This document shows positions 29,391-43,772 of a stretch of 64,000 nucleotides of DNA, in pieces. The stretch is from NCBI RefSeq assembly GCF_009914755.1, contig NC_060935.1; one strand, written 5' to 3'. Position numbers and translations under genes: made by a program. The notes under the pieces were generated by a model. The model saw only the letters and a program-made list of their open reading frames with translations. It made no database searches and was not told the DNA's origin. Source of the stretch: the human T2T-CHM13v2.0 reference genome, Homo sapiens. Positions within the stretch are counted from its first letter, which is position 1. Each line of letters opens with the position of its first letter.

Positions 29391-31391
29391 CTAAATATTT
29401 GGGATACTCTGATTAAAACATAACCATCCCTGCCACCATGAAGATTATATTTTAATGGGAAGACAGACTCTAAACAATAAACATAATAAATAACAAAATT
29501 ATGGAGTATGTTTAAAAGGGATCCACAATCTAGTCCAATTAAAGGTTATAATACTAGCTACCATTCATTCATGTTTACTAACCATGAGAAATGTGATTTA
29601 CATAAGTGATCATTAAGGTGCAATTATTACCCCCATTTTAAAGTGAGAAAATTGAAACTTAGTCTAAGTAACATTCTCAAATCATACAGATAGTAAGCTT
29701 AAGAAATCATAATTCAAACCTGAGCTGTTTGAATCTAGGGCTCACAGTCTTTTACCAACATTAAATACTCTCAACCACTAAATTATAGGCTTGTACTCTC
29801 TCTTCCGCAGGCTTAGATACCAGGACCAGAGGACCATCCCTTTGAATTTGACTGAACAGATATTTATTGGACATCTATTATATCGATGCCAGTTTCTGGA
29901 CTCTTGCTCAGAATGTAACAGTAAACTAGATAGTCTCTACCCTTAAATACTCTACAACCTATTGGATAAGAAAAGCTCTCCTACAGCAAAACACTAAATA
30001 AGTTTTGTTGTTGTTGTTGTTGTTTAGGATAAGGATTGGTTTCAGAATTAGAATCAGCTGGAATCAATTTTGCTCTGATGCTTAACGTTCTGATTGAATA
30101 TTGTCAAGTTTCTTAAGCACTCTAAGTTTATTCTTCCTTATCTGCAAATTGGCAATAATAATATGTACTGCAGAGTTTTGCCATGTGGATGAAGTGAATT
30201 AATATATGCAAAGCACCCAGCATAGTACCTTATACTTGAGTTTTCCTTCTCTTTTGGCAGCATGTTAAATAGTGTGAAAGACAATATGGCACAAGTTCTG
30301 AAATCAGAGTTTCAGATCAGAGTTTGTGACAAAAAAATTACAAGTATTTCAGCTGAATAACAAAAATGAACAAAATCCTACTACTTCTAACTCTGTCTAT
30401 TAATGGTTGCTGAAGACAGGAGCTAATGAAGACTTGTATTTTCTGAACTCAAAACCCCAGAAGTATGTGACCAGACAAAGCCTTTTTATTCTGATTTGGG
30501 AATTTATTTATGTTAAGAGTCTTATAAAGTTATATAAATTAAAATAAAGTTAGTGTGCATTTAACAAGTCGACTTTTCTTGGAAAGAGTAAAATGCTAAA
30601 ACTGGGATGTATCTAGGAAAATATAGGTTAACATATCTCTAAGAAGAACACTTTACCCTTAATTTTGAGCTAAAAACTTTATAATGGTAAGTTTTAATTC
30701 AAGTTAGCAAGCTGTTTTGTAGATGGTTATATTTACATTGGTAGTAGCATTGAAACTGTAAGAGAAGCCTCTCTAAACACTTAGTGAAAATGAATGAAGG
30801 TCGAGGGCTCTGGTCCCAGTGTGTGAGCCTGTGTGCACAAGCAAGTATCACTGGAAAAAAAGAGTATTTTGTCACAGCCAGCACATGACAATCTTACAGT
30901 ATTTCTTACGTGGGTTATACCAGAGACGCATTTTTTTATCCCACAGTTGCCTAGTCAACGAAAGAAAGGGGCAAAATACTGTCCACATGACACGTAAGCC
31001 CCAGATGAACTTTTAGTTTTCCCAAATAAGTTTTAAATTTCTTTTTTTCTTTTTAAATACCTGGTGCAAACAGTGATCTCCTTTGATACTGCCCAGAGTG
31101 GCCATGACATTTCAGAAAAACAGGGGAAAAAAGCCTTCTGTGATAACTCAGAACTTCCAAGGCCTTTAGGCTTTTAAAGGATGTCTTATGATCTCTTTCA
31201 AGGATCTAATCAGATGAAGAGCAAAGTCATGGGTTATTCAATAATCTGCTTGTCCGGAGGTTTTCATAGTAGAACAAGGCAGTCCTCAAGAATAAAGATT
31301 TTGCACTTTAAATATATGATAAAGAGTTATTTTAAGACCATACAAAAAGCAATACATAGGCTATAACTTCATAGAGAATCAAAAAGGAAAA

Positions 31392-31427
31392 TATGTGTGT
31401 GTGTGTATATATATATGTGTGTGTGTT
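31392..31427. repeat. Compound (TG)n(TA)n(TG)n microsatellite
   Basis: tatgtgtgtgtgtgtatatatatatgtgtgtgtgt. Confidence 0.9.
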
Positions 31428-34400
31428 TGAGTTTGTGAATGTATGTGTGTCAGATCAGAAATAAGAAGACAGCTTGTTTCTAGAAAGAAAAGATGTTTAT
31501 ATGTTCAGGTCACTGAGCCAGGCCACTTGGAAAGTTTATATTTTTGGCATTCCAGCAAGAGGTCACACTTAGATCAGAGCATTTCTAGCACTCACATTTT
31601 CTCCTTCCTTTGTCAGCTGACAGTCCTCTTTGCTCTTTCTTATTCAAAGAATGAGAACCATGTGACTCAGAGTGAGTGCCTACTTTTGGGCAAAGTAGAG
31701 ACCTGATGAATTCATCATAGTTAAATTTACTTTTTAAAAAAATGACTATAATTCAAAAACTTCCCTTGATTTTAGATCACTTATTCAACACACATTTATG
31801 GAATAGCTAATGTGGCTAAAGCTCTATACTTTGTGCTGGAAATATACAGTTTTTGCCCAGGAGGAATTTCTAAACTAAGTTTTGTCACACTGGATTACTG
31901 CACTGAAAATAATCCACTTCCACATAGGTCCCCAATGCTCTTAAACTCATAGCAGTGTAGATGTGGCTCATGATTCAGCTTTCAGCTATGAAGGGTGTTA
32001 AATAGGAAAGCAATAAACCAAATCACAAAAGTTAATATAATGGCTGCGGGAACTATTTAGATAATCTCACAGCAGAAGACACCAACTTGAAAAGTCAGAA
32101 GGCATGGTCTTAATTTTACTTACTGGTTACCAGAACAGGCTCAGACACATGTATTTCTCTCCCTGAGACTCAGTTTTCTTATCTATAAAATGAACTTGGT
32201 GTGGCTGATCTCAAAGGCCCCTTGCTCATGCCTTAGATTAAATCAAACTTTGGCCCTCTGTCCCAACAGCCTGAAATGGTCCACTTGGTGTCATAGACTC
32301 AGCTAAAAATACACACAAACATCACAGCTAAAATGTATATCTAGCAGTATTTTTACTTCCAGTCATCTTCTAACTCCCTCCTCACTCCTTCAACCAAAGA
32401 GGCTCCAGTATCCAACTAACACTTCTACTTCAGAGGTAGCCCTTGGCTCTGCCCCTCCTCTCCCCCAGCACTGCTCCTGCTCCACCTCAGCCCCTCATTG
32501 CTCCTCACCTGGACCCCTGGCAGCTCCCTAAATGGGGATCTCAGTATCTAGGCTCTCATCAATGTCTCTCTCCCCAAATATAAACATAAATGTAAGCACA
32601 AGTCTTCAGGTAGTTGCCATTCTGGCAGCATAAGAAATCACCTCTGACACCTAAGAAATACCCATCCCTAGTTGGGTTGCACTTCTCAGAGATTCTTTAT
32701 TGTGTTGTTTTTGTGCAGAGATCAGGAATTTGTATTTTTAAGCCATCTCTAAGTGATGTTAGTGTATGATTAGTCTTAAAACTGCTATTTCTTTTTTTCC
32801 CCCCAAGATAGTACATTAGAGCCTTTTAGCATGCCTCAGCCACATGGAAATAGCAAGATAGTGCATAAAGACCAATTGTGTGGGCTTTATATCAAGAAGG
32901 AAAATGGGAATCCACCAGGACAACTCAAATTGAAGAATACCCCAAATTCCAGGGAGGGAACATGGGCAAACAGCCGCTTTGATGGCATTCAGCTAATAAA
33001 AGTGAGAGAAGCTCAGGTATGTGAGAGAGGCAGAGAGCCTCCCTCTGTGACTTGCCTTTCCATTGGGGATCCCAGCAAAGCATGCCAAGGGAAAGCACTT
33101 TGTTTCTCCCAAGCCCTAGAGCTAACTTGTGGAGTTTCTTGGAGACATTGTGAGGAAAAGACGTGAGGAACAGCTGCAGACATTTTCCCAGACCCAGGAC
33201 CAAGATCAGGATGCCATTTTTAATCCGAGTGCATAGAAAGGCAACTATTCATTTTAATCTCTAGCCAGAGACCAGAGCACTCACTCTAGAGCTGCATAGG
33301 AGCCTCCACAACCAGAACTGTGGAAAGCCCCTCAGCAGTAGGTGCTAGAAGTGTGTTCTCCTCTGTCACAACCTTGGGACAGGAGGAGGGCTGATAAAGC
33401 TGCAGTTTCTACTGGGCAGTAATACTTGTAGCTAGGGCCAGCTTGGCGATCTGGAACCAAACTGCAGGTGTCCAGCCTGCTCCCCTGAGATTGTGGTGTA
33501 GCAGGGCCCTCTTTGCTCTACTCCCAGGCAGAAATCCAGGCATTTGGAGCACCCACTTGCCTGGACCAGCAGCCTGAGCTGCCCCACCTGTGACAGACAT
33601 AGATCGTGGTACAGCAAGTCCCTCTCCACTCCATGGCTACGCAGATATCCAGGCATTCAGACGACCTGTTCAGCTGGAGCAGTAGTCTGACCTGCACCAG
33701 TCTTCCTGTGCAGTCAGCCTGGTGCTGGGAGGCTAACTCTGTTTCACACCAGGGCAGATCTCTGGGCATTCAAAGCACCTGCTCATCTGGCCACCACACC
33801 TGTCCTGAACATAGACCATGAGGCAAAAAGGTACTCTCTGCTCCATGCCCAGGCAAATATCCAGCCATTAGAAGCACCACCTCACCTGAATTGGCAGCCT
33901 GAGCCATCCCACCCCTCCTGTGCAGAGATTGCGGTGCAAGGATAGCCTCTCTGCTCTACATCCAGGCAGCTCTCTAGGCATCTGAAGCACTTACTCTCTT
34001 GGATTAGGGGTTTATAGGCGGCTACTCTTCCCATGCAGTTGGGGCTGAAGAGATTTCCCAACCTGATGCTGAGGTACACAACTCACACTTGGTAGCTGCC
34101 CCCCAGATTCTCCCTCAGCACAGTTGCTTGCACCTGCCATTAGGGCACCTGTAGATGAACCTACCTGGTCTGGCCCCACCCATTGTGGACCCCAATCCCC
34201 TTGGCTAAGCAGGGAGCTCAGACCACTGTGCGTTCCAAGAATCAGCCCATTGCCTGAGGCAACAGAGAGCTTCCGCCAGTAAACAAGGATCAAGTATACA
34301 CCTAGCCACATTGACCACAGCCTGCTATCATGCATAAGCACTATCTACTGACTTACAGGTCAAACTGCACAGCCCAATAAAAAACCTGCAGAAAGAAGTA

Positions 34401-35397
34401 CATAAGGCTACAGAAGCAAAACCAAAAGACCCCATGGAGCAGGGCAAAGGAAAAGGAAAAAGGAAAGAAAAAAATAGCAATAGTATGATAGAGAAATAAA
34501 GAAAAAGAAAAAAGTCCTACAAACATGAAAATAATTACAAAAATTAGAAGTGCCAAAATTTCCAAATGAAAAGGAACAAGCACAAAAATCCTGATACTAT
34601 GAAAAATATGAATGCAGTGACACCATCAAAGGATTGCACTAGCTTTCCAGCAAAGGTCCCTAATGAAAATAGAAACTCAGAAGTGACAGATAAAGAATTC
34701 AAATCATGGATTGCAAGGCAGCTCAATGAGATCCAATATAAGATTGAAAAGAAACGTCTAAAGCAGTCCAGAAAATGAAGGAGGAGATAAATCTTAAAAA
34801 GTAATTAATCACAGCTTCTAGAATTGGACAATTCACTTAAGGAGTTTCAAAATACAATTGAAAGCTTTCTCAACAAAACTGAACCAATCAGACGAAACCA
34901 TTTCAGAGCTTAAGAACTGGTCTTGTGAACTAACCCAGTCAGACATACATAAAAAAAGAGAATATTTTTTAAATGAAGAAAGTCTTTGAGAAATGTGGGA
35001 TTATGTAAAAATATCAAACCTACAAATTATTGGCATTCCTGAGAGAGAAGAAAAATTTAAAAACCTGGAATACATATTTGGGGGGATAATTCAAGAAAAT
35101 TTCCCTAACCTTGCTAGAGAGGTAGACATTTAGATACAAAAAAAATCCAGAAAACACCTGCCAGATACTATACAAAATGAACATCACTAAGGCATATAGT
35201 CACCACATTGTCCAAGATCAATGCTAAAGAAAAGAATCTTAAAGGCAGCTAAAGAAAAATGTCAAATTGCATAAAAAGGAAACCCCATTTGGCTAACAGT
35301 GGACATCTCAGCAGAAACTTTACAAGCCAGAAGAGACTGGGGGCCTATTTTCAGCATTCTTAAAGAAAAGAAATTCCAATCAAGAATGTCATATCCC

Positions 35398-35745
<348 letters not shown>

Positions 35746-38175
35746 TCAAAACAAGTAAGTCCTAAGGGAATCTGTTACCACTAGACAAGCCTTACAAGAA
35801 ATCTTTATGGGAGTTCTAAATATGGCAATGAAAAAACTCTACTGGCTGCCACAAAAATACACTTAAGTACGTAGCCCACAGGCCCTATAAAGCAACCACA
35901 CAATAGAAACTTATATTTCAAAGCAAACTAGCTAATAACTTCGTGATAAGATCATAACCTCACATATAAATATTAACCTTGAATGTAAATGGTCTAAGCT
36001 CCCCACTTAAAAGGCACAGAATGGCAAGTCAGAAACAAAAACAAAACCCATCCGTATGCTATCTTCAAGAAATCCATCTCACATGTAATGACACCCATAG
36101 GCTCAAAGTAAAGGATTAGAGAAAGATCCAGCACACAAACAGAAAACAAAAAAGAGCCCAGGTTGTCATTCCTATGTCAGATAAATCACACTTTAAACTG
36201 GCAACAGTCAAATAGGACCAAAAAGGCCATTACATAATAATAAACGGCTCAATTCGACAATAAGACTTAACTGTCCTGAATATATTATGCACACAACATT
36301 GGAGTAGTCAGATTCATAAAACAAGTACTTCTAGACCTCTGAAAAGACAGAGACAACCACATAATAATAGTGGGGGACTTCAATATCCCACTGTCAGTAT
36401 CAGACAAATGAGCAAGGCAGAAAACTAACAAAGAAATTCTGAACTTGAATTTGACACTTACTGATTGGACCTAACAGACATCTACGGAATACTCTACCCA
36501 TCAACCACAGAATAAACATTCTTCTCATTTGCACAGAACATAGAAAGATTGAACACATGCCCAGACATGAAGCAAGTCTCAATCAATTCGAAAAAAATTG
36601 AAAATATACAATCATACTCTTGAACCACAGTGGAATAAAAATAGAAAGCATTACCGAAATCTCTCAAAACCACACAATTACATGGAAATGAAAACAACTT
36701 GCTTTTGAATGACTTTCGGATAAACAATAAAATAAAGGATAATTTTTAAAAAATCTTTTAAATAAACAAAAACAGGGACACAGCATACCAAAATCTCTGG
36801 TATGCTGTTAACAGGAAAGTTTATGGTGTTAAATGGCTAATTTAAAAAAGTTAGAAAGATCTTAAATTGACAATCTAACATCAGAACAAAAAAACACTAA
36901 AATCAGAGCAGAACAGAATGAAATTGAGACTCAAAAAATACATACAAAGTATCAATGAAAGCAAATGTCGGTTCTTTGAAAGAATGAACAAGATCAATAG
37001 ACAACAAGCTAAATTAACAAAGAAAAAAAGGGAGAAGATCCAAAAAAGCCCAATCAGAAATGACAAAGGTGACATTACAACTGATCCCACAGAAATACAA
37101 AAGATTATCAGAGACTGTTATTAACACTTCTTTGCAAACACACTAGAAAATTTAGAGGAAATGAATAAATTCCTGGAAACACACAATCTGCCAATATTGA
37201 ATCAGAAAAGAATTAAAACCCTGAATAGACCAATAATGACTTCCAAAATTGAATGAGTAATAAAGAAACCTACCAACCAAAAAGTTGCAGGCCAGATGGA
37301 TTCACAGCCAAATTCTACCAGACATACAAAAAAGACTTGGTATCAATCCTACTAAAACTATTTCAAAAAATCAGGAAGCGTCTCCTCCCTAACTCATTCT
37401 AGAAAGCCAGCATCACCCTGATACCAAAATCTGACAGACACAATGAAAAAAGAAAACTACAGGCCAATATTCGTGATAAACATAGACACAAAATTCCTCA
37501 ACAAAACACTAGCAAACCAAATCCAACAGCACATGAAAAAGTGAATTCACTATGATCAAATAGTGCAAGGATGCAAGGTTGCTTCAACATATATAAATCA
37601 ATAAATGTGATTCACTACATAAACAGAATTAAAAACAAAAACCATATGATCACCTCAATAGACTCAGAAAAAGCTTTTGATAAAATCCAACATCCCTTCA
37701 TAATAAAAACCCTCAAGAAAATAGGTATCAAAGGAACATGCCTCAACATAATAAGAGTGATCGATGACAAACCCACAGTCAACATGACACTAAAGAGGCA
37801 AAAAGTAGAAGCAATCTCCTTGAGAACTGGAACAAGACAAGGATGTCCATTCTCATTGTGCCTATTGAACACATTACTGGAAGTGCTAGCCAGAGCAATC
37901 AGGCAAGAGAAAGAAATAAAAAAATCCAAATAGGAAAACAAAAAGTCAAACTATCTCTCTTTATGGCCAATATGATTCTATACCTAGAAAGCCCTAATGA
38001 CTACGAGAACTATAAATGACTTCAGTAAAATTTCAGGCTTCTAGAACTGATAAATGACTTCAGTAAAATTTTGGGATGCAAAAATCAATGTATAAAAATC
38101 AATAGCATTTCTATCCACCAATAATGTTCAAGCCAAGAGCCAAATCAAGAACACAATCCCATTTACAATAGCAGC

Positions 38176-38177
38176 AA

Positions 38178-38216
<39 letters not shown>

Positions 38217-38230
38217 AAATAAAATAAAAT
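38176..38230. repeat. (AAAT)n microsatellite within L1 ORF2
   Basis: About 10 perfect AATA units followed by AAAAT units. Confidence 0.9.
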
Positions 38231-41200
38231 ACCTAGGAATACATCTAACCAAGGAAGAAGGTAAAAGATCTCTACAAGGAGAACTATGAAACACTACTAA
38301 AAACAATCATAGATGATATAAACAAAGAAAAAAACATTCCAAGCTCATAGGTTGGAAGAGTCAATATTGTTAAAATGGCCACACTGCCCCCCAAAAATCT
38401 ACACATCCAATGCCATTCCTATCAATCTACCAACATCATTTTTCACAGAACTAGAAAAAACTATCCTAAAATTCTTATGGAATTAAAAAAAAGACCAATA
38501 GCCAAAGTAATACTAAGCAAAAAGAACAAAACCAAAGGCATCACATTACTCAACTTCAAACTATAAGGCTACTGTAACCAAAACAGCATGGTAATATTAC
38601 AAAAACAGACACATAGACCAATGAAACAGAACAGAGAAACCAGAAATAAAGCTTCACAAGTACAGCCATCTCATCTTTAACAAAGATGACAAAACTGAAC
38701 AGTAGGGAAAGGACACCCTATTCAATAAGTGGTGCTGGGATAGCTGCCTAGCCATATGCAGAAGAATGATACTGGACTCCTACCTTTCACCATATAGAAA
38801 CATTAATTCAAGATGGAATGAAGATTTAAATGTAAGATCTGAAGCTAGAAGAAACCTAGAAGAAAACCTAGGAAACGCCATTCTGGACATCAGCCTTGGG
38901 AAATAATTTATGACTAATTCCTCAAAAGCAATTGCAACAAAAACAAAAACTGACAAGTGGAACCAATTAAACTAGAGAGCTTCTGCACAGCAAAAGAAAT
39001 TATCAACAGAGTAAACAGACAATCTACAGAATGGGAGAAAATATTCACCAAATACACATCCAACAAATGTCTACTATCCAGACTATATAAGGAATTTAAA
39101 TAACTGAACAAGCAGAAAACAACCCCACTAAAAAAATGGGCAAAAACATGAACAGACAGTTCTCAAAAGAAGATATATGAGCAGCCAATAAATGTGAAAA
39201 AATATCCCATATCACTGAACACCAGAGAAATGCAAATCAAAACTACTATTTGATACCATCTCACACCAGTCAGAATGGTTTACCATTTACTAAAAAGTCA
39301 AAAAACAACAAATATTGGCAAGGCTGCAGAGAAAATGGAATGCATATACACTTTTAGTGGGAATGAAAATAAGTTCAGCCATCATGGAAAGCAGTTTGGA
39401 GATTTCTCAAAGAACTTAAAACAGAACTACTTACTAGTCAATCCAGCAATCCCATTCTTTTGTATATATCCAAAAGAAAGCAAATCATTCTACCAAAAAC
39501 ACGTGCACTCACATGTTCATTGCAATACTACTGACAATAGCAAAGACATGGAATCAACCTAGGTGCCCATCAATGGTGCACTTGTTAAAGACAACATAGT
39601 ACATATTCATCATGGAATATTACACAGCCAAAAAAGAGAATAAAATCATATCCTTTGCAGCAACATAGATGTGGCTGGAGGCCATTACCCTAAGTGAATT
39701 AATGCAGGAACAGAAAACTAAATACTGCATGTCCTCACTTATAAGTGGGAGCTATACATCAGGTAACCATGGACATGAAGATAATGACAACAGAAACCAG
39801 GCACTACTGGAGTGAGAAGAAAAGAAGGGGCAAAGGTTGAAAAACTATTGGGTACTATACTCACTCCCTGAGTAAGGGGATCATTTGTACCCCAAAGCTC
39901 AACATCATGCAATATACCTACGTCTATGTCATAAACCTGCATATGTATCCCCCTGAATCTATAATAAAAGTTTAGAGAAAAGAAAAGAAAACCTCTATCT
40001 CCATTAGAATCCACTATCAAAAGGTAAATCTTACCATTACTCTCTGCTGTTTTAGCTATTCAGTGACTCTTATATGCCCAAGAAAAATACACCTTCATTG
40101 ATATGTCATGTAATGTAGCACATTTTTGGTTCCGACCACTTTTTCAAACTCTTGTCGCTTCCTTCAAAGTGCTCCATGGCCAAGTCCCATTGGACTACTT
40201 GTTCTTTTTAAAACGCATCCTAAATTACTTTCCAGATTTTCTTGCCTTTTTAAATCTTTGTGCCCAAAGCCTGAATTCCCTCCTCATCTCTACTCCCACT
40301 CTGTTCAATAAAATCCTATACATCCTTCAAATGTGCCCTTAAATCTCACCACATTTGTGCATACTTCCCTGTCCTGACAGCTGGAATCACTGAATCTCTT
40401 CTTTATGAACCCATAGAATTTTAAAATTTCTACACCACTGATACTTATTATGCTGTGCATTCATGCTTGGATCTCTAACCATGGCACTGAAAATCCTGGA
40501 GAGCAGATTGACCATCTTTCGATATTGCAAAACCCGAGGCTTATTTCTCCACCTTTAGGATACAATAAGAGCTCAAGATTTTATGGTGGAAATAAATTCA
40601 AATTAAGGCTCCTTCTTCCTCTAAAATGCCTTATCATGTATTAGTGAATTAGTGCTGCATACTGATGAACTTACTCTATACTCAACTCCAACTTCCAGTA
40701 AATAATCAATAGATTGTTATTGGAGGAGAAAATTAACATTATTGTGCATATCTGTTGTAACAAGTTTCAGCCTGGATTATTATGCTTTCATAATCATTCT
40801 CATTTTCTTAAGAAATACTACCTTGGAATCAATTTACTCTATCTAAATGATACATGTGTTGGGGTCACAGAACCATCAGTAGACCTAAGAGTGACACCAA
40901 GATGTTCTCTATATTTCTAGGGAGTAACAGTGTGGAAAACATAAAGTAAATATATAATCAACAGTAAATATGGACCTTGCACAATAATCTAGAAGAAAAA
41001 AATCAAACTATAATTGCTGCAATGGTCAAAAGGACACTGACATCATAATGGCTTGTGCTGGTTTTGAAAGCTCAGTGGAAACCCACATACTGAAATCAGA
41101 GTCAGGCTGACATCCTAGTGATGGTGGTTATTTCCAGTTTTTAATAAAAGCCTATTTGACAGTCTGGCGGTGGTTCAGAAACACTTTCATCTGTTTTCAT

Positions 41201-43199
41201 GACTTTGTCCCATCAAACCAATGACAGAAACATATAAATTAATTACCATTTTTCCAAGTCACCTAGGTGTATATCCTAGAACTTACCTGGTACAATCTTC
41301 CCCTACAAAATAACAAGCCACCCCATAGCCAGAACCAAATTTCTGCAGCCCCTGTGACAAGCACTGCACTCTATATAGTAAGCATTCAATATGGTCCCCA
41401 TGCTGAGTGAAGGAATAATTCTTAATTCTTTACTCCTCTCCCAGTGGATTTGCAGGCTTATTAGTTATTTAAGAGTTTTCTGTCATGTCTGGTCTGTTGC
41501 ATTCATCACTTTCTTTCCACTCCCACTAAAATCACTTTAGCTAAGACTGTCTAATTTCATCTCGTCTAATCTCATTCATTCATTTAACAAAAAAAAATTT
41601 AATCCCTATAATTTTCCAGAATTATCACTAGGAACATATAACTAGAACATACAGCTGGTTACTAGTTTTGTTCTATAACTAGAAAAAAATCCTTGCCTTC
41701 ACGATGATTCCATTCCACCCTCTGACCTCCTGTGGGATTTCTGAGGTCGCACTCTTAGATCTACAAGTTAAAGGCTAATTTTCAGACTGAGGTCAAGGTT
41801 TTGACCCAACCTATGCCTTGCTAGGCTCTGCTAAGTTCTGCTTCTTGCTTCCATTTACTCCCATACCATGGCAAATCCACTCCCACTGAAAGACGTCCTC
41901 TCCATCATCCTTCACCTAACCAGATTCTACCCATTCTTTAAGGTTGTACCCAAGCTCCACCTTCTTGGAGACTTTTATGACTGCCTGGACTCACACTCAT
42001 CTCTTCACTCTTCTATATTCCCACAGCACTGACTAACTGGATCATTCGCTCAACCATTTGATCAGGCCCTGCCTTGTACTGCTTTTTATGTGCTGCAAAC
42101 CTGTGCAGCCTGTGTCCTCAATTACACTGTAGATTCCTTGAGTCCAGTGTAGAATTACTCAATTACTATATTCGGTGTCTCCATAACACAGGTACCCTAA
42201 GAGGCTGTTACTTTATGCTCACAATGCACTTCCAGAATAGAATGGAACTAGCAATACAAGTACTCTTTGCATAATGAAATAACAATTAATACTTATTTCT
42301 TATTTGCAAGAGGGAACCCCAGCAGGAAAAGGTGTAGGCTGAATAAAAGAAGATCTTTGATCTAACTCATTTACTTTTATGCCTACTGAACTTGCCATTT
42401 TTAAGATCCCATCTGAAAAATATCTGTTCATAATTCAGAACCACCCAAACTCTTTTAGCAATTTCCTTAGTTCCCCCATAAACAATGGCTCTCATTTTAC
42501 CCTACTGTTAGTTATCATCTCTTAAAGGCAAATTTTGTCTCTATTCAACAAGAAGATAAAGCTAGATGAAGTATATTGAATTAAGTAAGCTAAAGTGGAC
42601 AAGAGAATAAAATGGCATAAAAGGTAAATATTGACTTTATTGTTGTTCATAATTACCTTATAGAACAAAAGATGGATGGATTATAGTGACCTACTTTTGA
42701 AATACATTTTCGAAAGTATTCTCATTAAATTCTGAATGTATATTTAAATTTAAAGCAGTGCATGTGATATATATGTGTGTATGTGAAAATGAGTACTAAT
42801 ACAGTAGCCCAACAGATTTTTTGTCAGAATAATTTTAGACTGGAGCCCAATGCTACCAGCTTAAGCAAATAACTCATGTGGATGGAGATAAAAAGATCAT
42901 CTAGCAATGTAAGGTGCAACAGTGGATAAAGCAGGGGGAAGGAAGGAAACCAAGTCATGGATGACAGGTTGGAGTGAATCAAGACAGAAGGACCAGCATC
43001 TCATGTTTATAATCAAATAAACAACCTAAAATACCTCTGAACTGTAAGCTCAAATGTATTACATAAAAAACCTATTTTTGAATTATTTGGCATTTGAGAC
43101 AATACCAGTCAGTATCCATTAAATAAATTTTTATAAATAACCCCCAAGAGATCCTGGACTCTAAAAGTTGCACTCTTAAGGAATATCCAGATTCTGCTA

Positions 43200-43772
43200 C
43201 AGTTATAACTCCCAAAATATATGCCAAGGTGCTCTCGGTGGGGGGGGGTGCCATGGTGAACTCACATGGGTGAAACAGGATATTTTAAATTTTCAAGGCA
43301 AATACGGTAGTACTCAAGATCCATTAGACACCCCAGGAACTATTAGCTTGAGGTAGTTCACAGTGTTAACACTATATTCCTTTTGATGTCATTATATCTG
43401 TTTGAAACTGGGGTTTGGAAGTTTCTGTGATGAAAAGCAAAAATCATGTGAAAATCAATGTGAAACAGGAAATGACGGTGGTATGGTAGTGGCATCCACT
43501 CCGGCTCAAAGGTTTGAGAGGGTGTTTCATGACCAAAGCCATACACATGCCTATAGTAAACTGTGGTGATTAACAATGAAACAAAAATAATTTTCTTTTA
43601 ATTTATGCGTTCTCTTTTTTTTTCTTATGGCTATTATAACACTTATTAAGTTGTTTGGTGCTATTTAATGAACAGGATTGTTAGGTAGTGCTTTTGGCCT
43701 AGAGGCACAATGAAAAAATCCAAAACACTAAGGATTTGGATGCGGTGAACTGAGAAAGTTTGAGAACTTGCG
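43200..43772 (+). mobile_element. hAT-Charlie DNA transposon remnant (Charlie4a-like)
   Basis: gtgccatggtgaactcaca...ggatattttaaattttc...aaatcaatgtgaaacaggaaatgacggtgg...gaactgagaaagtttgagaac. Confidence 0.55.

Noticed and set aside
33495-34000. CRISPR-like repeat-spacer array
   Set aside because: Units are degenerate along their whole length, lie within an L1 5'UTR, and the DNA is primate with no cas genes.
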